DNA from: Parcubacteria group bacterium GW2011_GWC2_42_12
GTDB taxonomy: Bacteria > Patescibacteriota > Patescibacteriia > Patescibacteriales > GWC2-42-12
Assembly: GCA_000997945.1 (NCBI GenBank)
Contig: LCCP01000002.1
Coordinates: forward strand, 14,284-78,283
Direction of reading: 5' to 3'
DNA: 64,000 nucleotides
Positions within the stretch are counted from its first letter, which is position 1, and each line of letters begins with the position of its first letter. Of the stretch, positions 18,443 to 26,610 are shown in pieces. The position numbers and the translations under genes were made by a program. The notes beneath the pieces were generated by a model that was not told the origin of the DNA, searched no databases, and saw nothing but the letters and a program-made list of their open reading frames with translations.

Positions 18443-18844
18443 TTAAATTAACTTAACTCTTTTATATAAATATACATCGGCTATGGCAAAGATTTTCTTC
18501 GTCCAGGAGAGAAATTCATCGGCCTCTTTCTTAGAAATAAGCGCGCCACCGCCATAAAGATCCCAGTTTCGCTTGGCGCGCATTTCTTGGCCGATAATTA
18601 TTATATCTTGCTCTTTTATGATTTCTGACAGCTTGTTTATCAGCTCGGCCTGGTGCCCTTGGCGCGATTTCACCCGCAGATTATTTTTAGCGCAAACGGC
18701 GATAGCCAATTTCAGCAAAGCGTCATAGGAGAATTTAAAAATAACTTCCGGAATGTCCGAAGTTTGGGCGATCTTTAGATCGCGCGCTGCGGATTTATAG
18801 TATTGATCAATTTGCCTTGAGGTAAAAGCGAATTTTTCAAACAT
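18443..18844 (-). CDS. HEPN-domain protein (toxin-like partner of the upstream MNT)
   Basis: 133 aa, all-helical, contains RVKSRQGH (Rx6H HEPN-like motif); overlaps the MNT gene stop by 1 nt. Confidence 0.45.
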   Translation of the reverse strand: MFEKFAFTSRQIDQYYKSAARDLKIAQTSDIPEVIFKFSYDALLKLAIAVCAKNNLRVKSRQGHQAELINKLSEIIKEQDIIIIGQEMRAKRNWDLYGGGALISKKEADEFLSWTKKIFAIADVYLYKRVKLI

Positions 18845-19389
18845 TAGATTAGTTTTATGGTTTTATGGCCGAAAATATTGGCTATTAATTCGTCTTTTTG
18901 TTTTTTCCTTTTTTTAAGATCCGCCGCGGTTAGGTCAATGATATTAAACTCTCTCTTGAATTCCTTTTCCGTTTTAATCAGCAATCTTTTAGCTTCGATT
19001 GAAGAATGGCTGCCGATGAGGAGGATATCAATATCGCTGGCCGGCCCGAATTTATTATTGGCGTAGGAACCGAAAATATAAGCGTTGGTTAATTCGGGCA
19101 GATCTTTAAGCAGAGCCGTCAGCCGATTTTCCAGGCCATATTTTAAATGATAGAGTTTTTTTAATTCGTTTAACAGGGGATAGCGCCGATTTAGAGAATA
19201 ATGCCTTTGGTTGCCGATTGGCTTGGAGATTAAAACATTTTCCTTTTCCAGTTCTTTTAATTTTCTGTCTAAGTTGCCCGGGTCAAGAGAGAGCGCTCTA
19301 GCCAGTTCGTTGATGTAGTGTTCGGCGCCGGTATTGACGAAGTAATAGCCAAGCAATTTTTCGGTAATTTTTGATTTGAAATCAAGCAT
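18844..19389 (-). CDS. nucleotidyltransferase (MNT-type) with N-terminal winged-helix DNA-binding domain
   Basis: N-terminal HTH (INELARALSLDPGNLDRKLKELEKENVL); C-terminal YIFGSYANNKFGPASDIDILLIG (GS...DxD). Track start 19419 lies inside the operator palindromes, so the start is taken at the downstream Met (19389). Confidence 0.55.
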   Translation of the reverse strand: MLDFKSKITEKLLGYYFVNTGAEHYINELARALSLDPGNLDRKLKELEKENVLISKPIGNQRHYSLNRRYPLLNELKKLYHLKYGLENRLTALLKDLPELTNAYIFGSYANNKFGPASDIDILLIGSHSSIEAKRLLIKTEKEFKREFNIIDLTAADLKKRKKQKDELIANIFGHKTIKLI

Positions 19390-19396
19390 ATTTTTA

Positions 19397-19434
19397 TTGT
19401 AAATATTTACAATAATCATTGTATATTATTACAA
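19397..19434. promoter_or_regulatory. tandem TTGTA-N6-TACAA palindromes (putative TA-operon operators)
   Basis: TTGTAAATATTTACAA at 19397..19412 and TTGTATATTATTACAA at 19419..19434; the first is repeated exactly at 20244..20259. Confidence 0.45.
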
Positions 19435-19442
19435 TAGAATTA

Positions 19443-19526
19443 TCAAGTCTGTCCGCGCGTCAGAAATATTTTATGTTTATTTAAAATATCAAATTTTTGC
19501 TCGGCGTATTTAGTAAAATAGATCAT
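19443..19526 (-). pseudogene. truncated duplicate of the DUF4258 gene 5' end (27 codons)
   Basis: revcomp encodes MIYFTKYAEQKFDILNKHKIFLTRGQT*; ~85% nt identity to the 5' end of 18223..18438. Confidence 0.5.
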
Positions 19527-19813
19527 ATATCAATTTGATATGTTATAACCGCGACAGCACCTCTTTAATATCAATTCCGCCTTTTTTTATTTTGGTAAAA
19601 TCAATGACTTTTTTCCATGGCTTGCCGGCCGTCTTTTTGTTTCTTCTCATAGTTATTCTCTAATTTTAGGTATTTTTTTAGCTATTGACATCATATTAAA
19701 TTGTGCTATACTAATCATAGGTATCAATCAGTGGAACTCTAGTGTCCGAAGCATCTTTAATAACAATTTCAAATTTTTGGGGTTGTTATTTTTTTTGTGC
19801 TAAAATAATAATC

Positions 19814-19913
19814 GTGGTAGGTGGTAGGTATTTCCCGGTGGCCCGGGACACTGATTGATACCCAGCTGATGCTCTTACGGGCATGGGGTTCGATTCCTCT
19901 GCCTACCGCGCCA
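19814..19913 (+). tRNA. tRNA-like element, non-canonical (possible tRNA pseudogene or integration-site remnant)
   Basis: T-loop GGGGTTCGATTCC, D-arm TCCC-GGTGGCCC-GGGA with a GG pair, 7-bp acceptor pairing GGTAGGT/GCCTACC (or the outer GTGGTAG/CTACCGC followed by G-CCA); 5' acceptor strand is tandemly duplicated (GTGGTAGGTGGTAGGT). Possible anticodon loop TTGATAC (GAU) closed by mismatched pairs. Class-II-like length with a CTTACGG variable arm; no clean cloverleaf. Confidence 0.3.
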
Positions 19914-19960
19914 AAGCCATCTCAATCCGAGGTGGTTTTTGGTTTGCCAAAATTTTAAAA

Positions 19961-20122
19961 TTACATTAAATCGGCTAACGATTTTAATTTATAAACTTTT
20001 CCTTCTTTATAATCCCTTTCCGCTCTTTTTATCATTTTCAATAGATCTTCAGCCGAAATTAATTCATCATTCGCCTCTGATAATGGCAGAGAATTATTTT
20101 TTTTTAATTTTTTCTTTGTCAT
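19961..20122 (-). CDS. small hypothetical protein (53 aa), antitoxin-like by context
   Basis: revcomp encodes MTKKKLKKNNSLPLSEANDELISAEDLLKMIKRAERDYKEGKVYKLKSLADLM; own promoter and palindromic operator upstream. Confidence 0.25.
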   Translation of the reverse strand: MTKKKLKKNNSLPLSEANDELISAEDLLKMIKRAERDYKEGKVYKLKSLADLM

Positions 20123-20162
20123 TTTTGTGGTCGATGAGGGACATAATAATCCCTTATATAAT

Positions 20163-20196
20163 AGTAATATTGTATACAGCTGTATTACAATGTCAA
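20163..20196 (-). promoter_or_regulatory. sigma70-like promoter on the minus strand (TTGACA-16 bp-TACAAT) overlapping a near-palindrome TTGTAATACAGCTGTATACAA
   Basis: revcomp of 20163..20196 reads TTGACATTGTAATACAGCTGTATACAAT, upstream of the 19961..20122 ORF. Confidence 0.4.
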
Positions 20197-20243
20197 GGTG
20201 GTGAAGAAGAGCGGGTTATTTTCGCATATATTTACAATGATTA

Positions 20244-20259
20244 TTGTAAATATTTACAA
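20244..20259. promoter_or_regulatory. TTGTAAATATTTACAA palindrome (second copy of the TA operator)
   Basis: Identical 16-bp palindrome to 19397..19412. Confidence 0.45.
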
Positions 20260-20304
20260 TAAAATATTAAGCCCGCTCGCGCGCCAGAAAAACTTTATGT
20301 TTAT

Positions 20305-20388
20305 TTAAAATATCAAATTTTTGCCTTGCCTCGCTGTAGCTTCGGCGAAGCGGGTCGTAGCTTCGGCGTATTTGATAAAGTAGAACAT
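20305..20388 (-). pseudogene. second truncated duplicate of the DUF4258 5' end, with an internal 18-bp tandem duplication
   Basis: revcomp MFYFIKYAEATTRFAEATARQGKNLIF*; shares CGCGCG(T/C)CAGAAA..TTATGTTTATTTAAAATATCAAATTTTTGC with the 19443..19526 copy; internal tandem repeat GCCGAAGCTAC(G/A). Confidence 0.45.
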
Positions 20389-20389
20389 A

Positions 20390-21331
20390 TTATTTTGTTG
20401 CACATTTATAACCAGAACCAATGCTTTGACATTCACCATTAGGCATATAGCTTGGAGTGACAGGAGAAGTGTTGAGTTTTTTGCAATCATCCAGAGACAA
20501 ATTTATTTTAGCAATACAATCTTTCCAATAATTGTTACTGAAACTCGTATAAAAATTATAAAGACAGCATGGCGTAGGATTAGGATCTGCTTTTACTTCG
20601 CAGAAATAGCCCCCGCTTAATTCCTGTTTACATATGCCATACTCTGTATATTTTCCATTAAGGGTTTTTTCACAATAAGTTGGTGAAAAATTTGCTTTAT
20701 CATCGCAAGACCTCCGACCGCTTCCAACATAATTCCAAGCACAGCATGACACCGCAGGACATACTCCTCCCTTTATAAAATTACCAGCCTTTTTATCACA
20801 AGCCTCTTCGCTAAGAACAATTTCGCAAATAGATGTTTCTGGCGAATTCCGGTATGTGCAGCTCCCGTTAACCTGTTCCGCCACCCCTGGTATTTTGGTA
20901 ATCTGTAAATTTACCAGCGCCGGATTAACCGTGCTTAAGATTAAATAAGAGGTTAGGGCCAGAACCAGGCCGGTCAGGGCGGCGCCGATATAGGCCTTGG
21001 CTTCGCCGATTTGCGTGGCGTTGCCGCCGGCCACGATCCAGAGCACGCCGCCGACCATTAAGACCACGGCGGCTAAGATACCGATAATGCCGATGGCGTA
21101 GTTGTAAATCGCCCTAATGTATTTAGCAATCGGCGCAGTAGAGTCGTTTGGATCGAATTTATAACTGCCGCCCGGCGCAAAGTCCTTTTCTGCGCCAGGT
21201 ATGCCGACTTGTGGTTTAAATTCAATCGCCTGACTGGCGACCGGCGCGGCTAATAAGAAAAAGACAAAGATCATTTGTAAAATAAATACGGTCAGAAAGA
21301 AGATGGTTAGAATTTTGGGGAAAGATTTCAT
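20390..21331 (-). CDS. secreted Cys-rich protein with VirB2/TrbC-like pilin N-terminal module
   Basis: Signal anchor, then two hydrophobic helices IYNYAIGIIGILAAVVLMVGGVLWIVAGGNATQIGEAKAYIGAALTGLVLALTSYLILS (VirB2/TrbC-like hairpin); C-terminal ~170 aa with 17 Cys. Paralogous N-terminal module to 50787.. and 53694.. Confidence 0.5.
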   Translation of the reverse strand: MKSFPKILTIFFLTVFILQMIFVFFLLAAPVASQAIEFKPQVGIPGAEKDFAPGGSYKFDPNDSTAPIAKYIRAIYNYAIGIIGILAAVVLMVGGVLWIVAGGNATQIGEAKAYIGAALTGLVLALTSYLILSTVNPALVNLQITKIPGVAEQVNGSCTYRNSPETSICEIVLSEEACDKKAGNFIKGGVCPAVSCCAWNYVGSGRRSCDDKANFSPTYCEKTLNGKYTEYGICKQELSGGYFCEVKADPNPTPCCLYNFYTSFSNNYWKDCIAKINLSLDDCKKLNTSPVTPSYMPNGECQSIGSGYKCATK

Positions 21332-21343
21332 AAAATTTTATAC

Positions 21344-21502
21344 TGTCATTGCGAACGACCGTTTATTTTTGTCATTCCCGCGAAGGCGGGAATCCAGATT
21401 AATTTTCGTTTTATCTTTCTGGATCCCCGGGTCTCGCTGGCGCTCGCCCGAGGATGACAGGAGAGGAGATTGCTTCGTCGCTGCTGCTCCTCGCAATGAC
21501 AA
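21344..21502. repeat. MITE-like nested-palindromic repeat, variant copy E (contains GTCATTCCCGCGAAGGCGGGAATCCAG sub-hairpin)
   Basis: TGTCATTGCGAACGACCG...TGTCATTCCCGCGAAGGCGGGAATCCAG...GAGATTGCTTCGTCGCTGCTGCTCCTCGCAATGACA. Confidence 0.7.
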
Positions 21503-21509
21503 GAGGTTA

Positions 21510-22826
21510 TTATTTTCCAACGAATGTAGCTTGGTCACTTTTTTTGCCGGTCTGTTTAATTATTTTTTTAATTATTTCTTTGGTAATATCGCGTCCGCCT
21601 AGGCCGACGATGAAACTGGAAATATTGGCATTGGTCTGGCCTTGAGCCACGGCTTTAATGTCCGAAGCTAACGGACCAATATGGCCTAGAGAAATGGATT
21701 TATCTATAACCGCGACATTTTTAGCTGGTTTGATAATTTTTAGAATTTGTTCGGCCGGGAAGGGGCGGAAACATTTGATTTTTAGGATGCCAACGCCACC
21801 GATCCTTCTATTAGAGAACAAACCCCCCTCGCTCCCCTTGTCAGGGGGGAAGTTGCTAACCGTGTCTTTAATAGTGCCGATGACCGAACCCATAGCCACT
21901 AGTATAGTGTCGGGATTTTTTGGACCGGTATATTCCAGCCAGCCGTTATCAACTGTTATCAAATCTTTACTAGAATTTTTAATTTTGTCCCCCTTCGCTA
22001 ACGCTGCGGAGGATAAATAATTTTTAATTTTTAATGAAGGAAAAATTTTATGAAAAGCTTTATATTCCTGGTCAATAGTTTTTAGGCTGGCGATTAAGTC
22101 TTCATGCAATTCTTGCCTGATTTCCATATAATGGGCGGGCGCGGCTAAGGGGCCCATGGTGATGGGATTAGCCGGATCAAGGAAGGTTCCGGGCGCAGGC
22201 GCGTAATCTGGCAGGTATTTTTTTATCTGTTCGGCCGAGGGGATAATCACCGGTTCATACGAATGGGTCATAATATAACCGTCAACATTCACCATGACCG
22301 GCAGCTTAAGTCGCTCGGCAATTTTAAAGGCCATGATATGCTGGCTAACCGCTTCCTGGTGGTTTTCCGCGAACAAGAGAATCCAGCCGGCGTCTCTTAC
22401 TGCCATCACATCTTGCTGATCATTCCAAATATTGATTGGAGCTGACACGGCGCGGTTAGCGCAAGTTATGACCACGGGTAGACGCAGGCCGGCGATATTA
22501 AAAATTACCTCAATCATAAGCAAGAGCCCTTGCGAGCTGGTGGCGCTATAGGTTCGCACGCCAGTGGCGCTGGCGCCCAAAATAATAGAAGCGGCCGCAA
22601 ATTCTGATTCAGCCCGAACATATTCGTAGTCGGCCTGACCCCGCCCACCTCGCGAGCGAAACGTCGCGGGCGCGGCGTCGGCTTTAAATTGGGCCAGGTC
22701 TTCAACAATATGCGTTTGCGGCGTAATCGGGTAAGCGGAAATAACCGCCGGGGCGATATTTTTTACGGTTAGAGCGATGGCCCGGGAACCTTCTAACATC
22801 TGTTGTTTATTATTTTTGTTATTCAT
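21510..22826 (-). CDS. porA: 2-oxoacid (pyruvate):ferredoxin oxidoreductase alpha subunit
   Basis: 438 aa; typical PorA/KorA N-terminal and central regions; carries an in-frame GC-hairpin element at 21823..21849. Confidence 0.88.
   Translation of the reverse strand: MNNKNNKQQMLEGSRAIALTVKNIAPAVISAYPITPQTHIVEDLAQFKADAAPATFRSRGGRGQADYEYVRAESEFAAASIILGASATGVRTYSATSSQGLLLMIEVIFNIAGLRLPVVITCANRAVSAPINIWNDQQDVMAVRDAGWILLFAENHQEAVSQHIMAFKIAERLKLPVMVNVDGYIMTHSYEPVIIPSAEQIKKYLPDYAPAPGTFLDPANPITMGPLAAPAHYMEIRQELHEDLIASLKTIDQEYKAFHKIFPSLKIKNYLSSAALAKGDKIKNSSKDLITVDNGWLEYTGPKNPDTILVAMGSVIGTIKDTVSNFPPDKGSEGGLFSNRRIGGVGILKIKCFRPFPAEQILKIIKPAKNVAVIDKSISLGHIGPLASDIKAVAQGQTNANISSFIVGLGGRDITKEIIKKIIKQTGKKSDQATFVGK
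21823..21849. repeat. GC-rich short palindromic element, in-frame within porA
   Basis: CCCCCCTCGCTCCCCTTGTCAGGGGGG, encoding ...FPPDKGSEGG... in PorA. Confidence 0.6.
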
Positions 22827-22836
22827 AAATATGATA

Positions 22837-23028
22837 TGTCATTGCGAGCGACCGAAGGGAGCGAAGTCATCGCTACGCGAGATCTGGCGTAGCCATGACA
22901 ATCTCACGAACAATGTGTATAGAAAATTATATTAAATGGTATGTTTAGTGGCTATTCGTCATGTCTGAGATTGCCTGCCTACCGGTAGGCAGGCTTCGTC
23001 GCTCGAGTACGAGCTCCTCGCAATGACA
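22837..23028. repeat. MITE-like nested-palindromic repeat, subtype 2, copy F (porD-porA spacer)
   Basis: TGTCATTGCGAGCGACCGAAGGGAGCGAAG...CTACGCGAGATCTGGCGTAGCCATGACAATCTCACGAAC...GAGATTGCCTGCCTACCGGTAGGCAGGCTTCGTCGCTCGAGTACGAGCTCCTCGCAATGACA. Confidence 0.75.
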
Positions 23029-23036
23029 GTAAGAAT

Positions 23037-23309
23037 TCACTTCTGATCTAATTCCATCACAATCGCCTTGAACGGGCAGACCTCGGCGCATAAACTGCAG
23101 CCCTTGCAGTAGTTAAAGTCGCAGTCATAAGGCAATTTGCCCAAGGAATTTATTTTGTCAATTTGCTTAATTATGCCTTCCGGGCAGACGCGCGGGCAGA
23201 TGCCGCAAGCCGTGCATTTATCATATAAAAATTTTGGCTTTAAAGTGCGCCAGGAGCCGGTTTTATTATTCATCGTCGTTTTAGGTTTTACGGTAATTGG
23301 TATTTTCAT
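23037..23309 (-). CDS. porD: 2-oxoacid:ferredoxin oxidoreductase delta subunit (2x[4Fe-4S] ferredoxin)
   Basis: Two CxxCxxCxxxCP motifs (CTACGICPRVCP, CKGCSLCAEVCP). Confidence 0.8.
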   Translation of the reverse strand: MKIPITVKPKTTMNNKTGSWRTLKPKFLYDKCTACGICPRVCPEGIIKQIDKINSLGKLPYDCDFNYCKGCSLCAEVCPFKAIVMELDQK

Positions 23310-23323
23310 AACTTATGCTTTTT

Positions 23324-23366
23324 TGTCATTGCGAGCTCCGACCAAGGCGTCGGAGCTCGCAATGAC
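23324..23366. repeat. minimal hairpin form of the TGTCATTGCGAG repeat (copy G, porG-porD spacer)
   Basis: TGTCATTGCGAGCTCCGAC-caaggc-GTCGGAGCTCGCAATGAC, perfect 19-bp stem. Confidence 0.7.
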
Positions 23367-23376
23367 GGTAAAAAAT

Positions 23377-23916
23377 TCAAATTTTATATGCTCGCTCTAT
23401 GGCCCTAATGTTTTTAGCTATTAATTCATTATGTCCGGCAAATTTTTCTTCAATCGCTTCGGTCAGTGATTTCAAGCTGATTAGTCCGGTAGCTTTGGCG
23501 AAACTGCCAAGGATAACCGTATTAACAATATTCTTGCCGATAATTTCCAAAGCGATCTTAGTCGCGTCAATGGTATGGATATTATTTAGCGGGAAATTTA
23601 TTTTTAGTTCAGCCTTGGTTTTGGCCGTGTTAATTATAATTATGGTTTTTTTATCTACGCCCTTAGCAACTTCCGGAGTTTCTAGCAAAGTGGGATCCTG
23701 AATAATTAAAATATCCGGCCGATAAATCTGCTGCCTCGTTATGATTGGTTGATCATCAATTCTGGCAAATGATTCTACCGGAGCGCCAGTCCTTTCCGCG
23801 CCGAAAGAAGGAAAGGCCTGGGCCTCTCTCCCGCCCTTAAAAGCGGCGGTGGCAATTAATTCCGCGGCGGTTACCACGCCTTGGCCGCCGCGGCCGTGAA
23901 TTCGTATTTCAATCAT
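23377..23916 (-). CDS. porG: 2-oxoacid:ferredoxin oxidoreductase gamma subunit
   Basis: MIEIRIHGRGGQGVVTAAELIATAAF N-terminal signature of PorG. Confidence 0.85.
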   Translation of the reverse strand: MIEIRIHGRGGQGVVTAAELIATAAFKGGREAQAFPSFGAERTGAPVESFARIDDQPIITRQQIYRPDILIIQDPTLLETPEVAKGVDKKTIIIINTAKTKAELKINFPLNNIHTIDATKIALEIIGKNIVNTVILGSFAKATGLISLKSLTEAIEEKFAGHNELIAKNIRAIERAYKI

Positions 23917-23974
23917 AAAAAATGTAAAATTAAAATCTCAAAATGTAAAATGACAATGCAAAATTATCTATTAT

Positions 23975-24156
23975 TGTCATTGCGAGCCGCCTTTGTACTC
24001 AAGGCGGCGAAGCAATCTCTGGTTAGAAGCGCTTTACCAGTCTAAGGATAAATCTCTCTGAGCAAAATTAATTTTGTTGATTAAGGCTATTTTGTTTTTG
24101 TTTATTTTTTCTTTCTTACCAGAGATTGCTTCGTCGCTGTCGCTCCTCGCAACGAC
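23975..24156. repeat. MITE-like nested-palindromic repeat, subtype 1, copy H, flanked upstream by AAAATGTAAAAT motifs
   Basis: TGTCATTGCGAGCCGCC...GCGAAGCAATCTCTGGTTAGAAG...TTTCTTACCAGAGATTGCTTCGTCGCTGTCGCTCCTCGCAACGAC. Confidence 0.75.
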
Positions 24157-24165
24157 CATCGTCGT

Positions 24166-24864
24166 TTATTTTCTAAGCTGTTCTATTATTTGTATAAAGA
24201 CATCAAGCGGAACATCGCCGGCTAGCTTATAGCCGTTAATAAAATAGGTCGGCGTGCCGGCGATGCCGAAATTTTGCCCGTCGGACAGATCCTTCTGAAT
24301 TTGGGGAAGATATTTTTTTTGGTTCAGACAATTTTTAAACTTAACTTGGTCGGCGCCGATTTGGTTGGCTAAAGCATTGAGCTCATCGGCCTGGACGGCC
24401 TTATTATCCGTCTGACCCACGCCTTGGTTTTGAAATAATTTGTCATGCATGGGCCAGAATAAGCCCTGCTCGCCCGCGCAGCGTCCGGCTAAAGCCAGAG
24501 TAGCTGAATAATCGGAAACTACCGGGTAATCTCGCCAGATGAATTTTATATCATTTTTGTATTTTAAGCTAATCTCCCTAACGGTAGGAAACGATTGCAA
24601 GCAAACCGGACAAGCAAAGTCGCCGAATTCCACGATGGTGATTTTGGCGTTAGTTGAACCAAGCCAATAACTATTGCTGGCCGCGGCCGGATATTGCTCA
24701 CCAGTTAATTCCCGTCCGGCCTGGCTAAGTTTAAGTTTAGCATTTCTTATTTCACCCAGAAAGTAAAAAGCGCTCGCCGCCAGGAAAAATAAAACTATGG
24801 CCAGGATTATGATTATTAAGACGCCCCACCATTTCCTATACCAAATTTTATTTGAATATTCCAT
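24166..24864 (-). CDS. membrane-anchored DsbA-like thiol:disulfide oxidoreductase
   Basis: N-terminal TM, thioredoxin fold with CPVC active site (FGDFACPVCLQ). Confidence 0.7.
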   Translation of the reverse strand: MEYSNKIWYRKWWGVLIIIILAIVLFFLAASAFYFLGEIRNAKLKLSQAGRELTGEQYPAAASNSYWLGSTNAKITIVEFGDFACPVCLQSFPTVREISLKYKNDIKFIWRDYPVVSDYSATLALAGRCAGEQGLFWPMHDKLFQNQGVGQTDNKAVQADELNALANQIGADQVKFKNCLNQKKYLPQIQKDLSDGQNFGIAGTPTYFINGYKLAGDVPLDVFIQIIEQLRK

Positions 24865-25085
24865 TGATATTTTCTTAAATTAGTTTTACTATATGAGAGT
24901 AAGCTAAATTCTTGGATATGAATATTATAACATTTATTTTATGAATAAACAAAATTTGGTTGATCTGGATCTGGAAATAGAAAAACGGCTTAAAAAGCGG
25001 GAAAAAAGAAAAAGACAACGGATGAAAGTTAGCGGCGCTATGGTTAAAGAATTGCAAAAGATGATAATGAGATAATTTTATTGTC

Positions 25086-25247
25086 TCGCTACGCGAGATC
25101 TGGCGTAGCCATGACAAAATAATCACAAAGTTGTATAATTAAATCACGCCTCAAGGCGCAAGCTAATTATTTAATTAATTTTTTCCGCTTAAAGAGCGGA
25201 TCCGCCTCGGGCGGAAATCAAACCTACCTGCCGGCAGGCAGGCCAGA
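25086..25247. repeat. degenerate/partial repeat copy I (CTACGCGAGATCTGGCGTAGCCATGACAA module followed by short GC hairpins)
   Basis: Shares the CTACGCGAGATCTGGCGTAGCCATGACAA module with subtype-2 copies, followed by hairpins CCGCTTAAAGAGCGG, CCGCCTCGGGCGG and CCTGCCGGCAGG. Confidence 0.5.
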
Positions 25248-25260
25248 AATCAAAAAAAGT

Positions 25261-25905
25261 ATGTTCACACCAAAGAAAATGTTCTTAACCAAAGGAGTCG
25301 GCGTTCATAAAGACCGGCTGGCGTCTTTTGAGCTGGCTCTTAGGGACGCTGGCATTGAGAAACATAATTTAGTGACCGTTTCCAGCATCATGCCGCCTAA
25401 TTGCCATATTACTTCTAAGGAAAAAGGCGAAAAAATGCTCTATCCCGGACAAATTGTTTTTTGCGTTCTGGCCAGAAGCGAGACTAACGAGCCCAACCGG
25501 TTAATTTCCGCCGCCATCGGCTTAGCCAGGCCGAGCGATCATAATAATTATGGCTATTTGTCCGAGCATCATGCTTTCGGCGAGGTGGCGAAAAAAAGCG
25601 GCGAGTACGCCGAGGACCTGGCCGCCACTATGTTGGCCACGACCTTAGGCATTGAATTTGATTCAGCCAAGGCCTGGGAAGAAAGAGAGCAGATTTATAA
25701 AGCTAGCGGCAACATTATTAATACTTGCAATATTTGCCAATCGGCCGAAGGCAATAAAGACGGCCTGTGGACTTCGGTAATCGCGGTGGCGGTTTTTTGC
25801 GAGTACAGCATGCATAAAGACGTGATCGCGCCGATTATAAAAGACGAGATGCAAAATAAGGATAGCGGCGACGATAAATCTGATGGTCCGGCCGGCAAAA
25901 TATAA
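25261..25905 (+). CDS. pdaD: pyruvoyl-dependent arginine decarboxylase
   Basis: [39 protein letters not shown] matches the PdaD signature (ser-ser self-cleavage site region). Confidence 0.75.
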   Translation: MFTPKKMFLTKGVGVHKDRLASFELALRDAGIEKHNLVTVSSIMPPNCHITSKEKGEKMLYPGQIVFCVLARSETNEPNRLISAAIGLARPSDHNNYGYLSEHHAFGEVAKKSGEYAEDLAATMLATTLGIEFDSAKAWEEREQIYKASGNIINTCNICQSAEGNKDGLWTSVIAVAVFCEYSMHKDVIAPIIKDEMQNKDSGDDKSDGPAGKI

Positions 25906-25947
25906 TAATTTATTAGCGTGATTAGAACGGGCTTAGTTCTTTAGGAG

Positions 25948-26106
25948 CCTATCTTAAAAATAATCTCTGGTTCATTTTCGGTCTTTTTTGGCTGCAAAGT
26001 TAAAAAATTTCGTCGGTATAATTTATTATGCCTCCTCAATTTTTTAACTTTTCGCTCAAAAAATCTTCGAAAATGACCTAGAGCTATTTTTAAGATAGAC
26101 TCTAGG
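25948..26106. repeat. 15-bp inverted repeat pair (CCTATCTTAAAAATA / TATTTTTAAGATAG) spanning ~160 bp
   Basis: Arms at 25948..25962 and 26085..26099; interior contains AATCTCTGGTT, the motif of the subtype-1 inner module. Confidence 0.35.
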
Positions 26107-26130
26107 ATTAAGTCCGTTTTAAAAAGATAT

Positions 26131-26574
26131 ATGGCTTTAGAAAAATATCAGGCCAAAAGAAAATTTGATAAAACCTCCGAGCCCAAGGGCGAAGTTAAGA
26201 AAAAAAGCTTGTCGCGTTTTGTGGTGCAGAAACATCAGGCCAGCCACCTGCATTATGATTTTCGGCTGGAGCATGAAGGCGTGTTAAAATCCTGGGCCGT
26301 GCCTAAGGGTGTGCCAGAGCAGCCGGGAATTAAACGATTGGCCGTGGAAGTGGAAGATCATCCGGTGGAGTATATAAATTTTTCCGGCCGTATACCAGAA
26401 GGCGAATATGGCGCCGGCACCGTGGAAATTTGGGACAAAGGCAAGTGGCAAAAGTTAGGCGGCATCCTGGAACGAGGCAGTATGAAATTTAATTTAATTG
26501 GCAAGAAATTGAATGGAGATTATGTTTTAGTTAGGATGAAAGACAAAAAGAATTGGTTGATTTATAAAAAATAG
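26131..26574 (+). CDS. stand-alone DNA ligase D 3'-phosphoesterase (LigD-PE) domain protein
   Basis: VVQKHQASHLHYDFRLEHEGVLKSWAVPKGVP...GTVEIWDKGKW matches the LigD phosphoesterase signature. Confidence 0.7.
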   Translation: MALEKYQAKRKFDKTSEPKGEVKKKSLSRFVVQKHQASHLHYDFRLEHEGVLKSWAVPKGVPEQPGIKRLAVEVEDHPVEYINFSGRIPEGEYGAGTVEIWDKGKWQKLGGILERGSMKFNLIGKKLNGDYVLVRMKDKKNWLIYKK

Positions 26575-26576
26575 TT

Positions 26577-26606
26577 TTCCCCCTGACAAGGGGGAGCTAG
26601 AGGGGG
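26577..26606. repeat. GC-rich short palindromic element (intergenic copy)
   Basis: CCCCCTGACAAGGGGGAG-CTAGAGGGGG. Confidence 0.5.
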
Positions 26607-26610
26607 TTTT

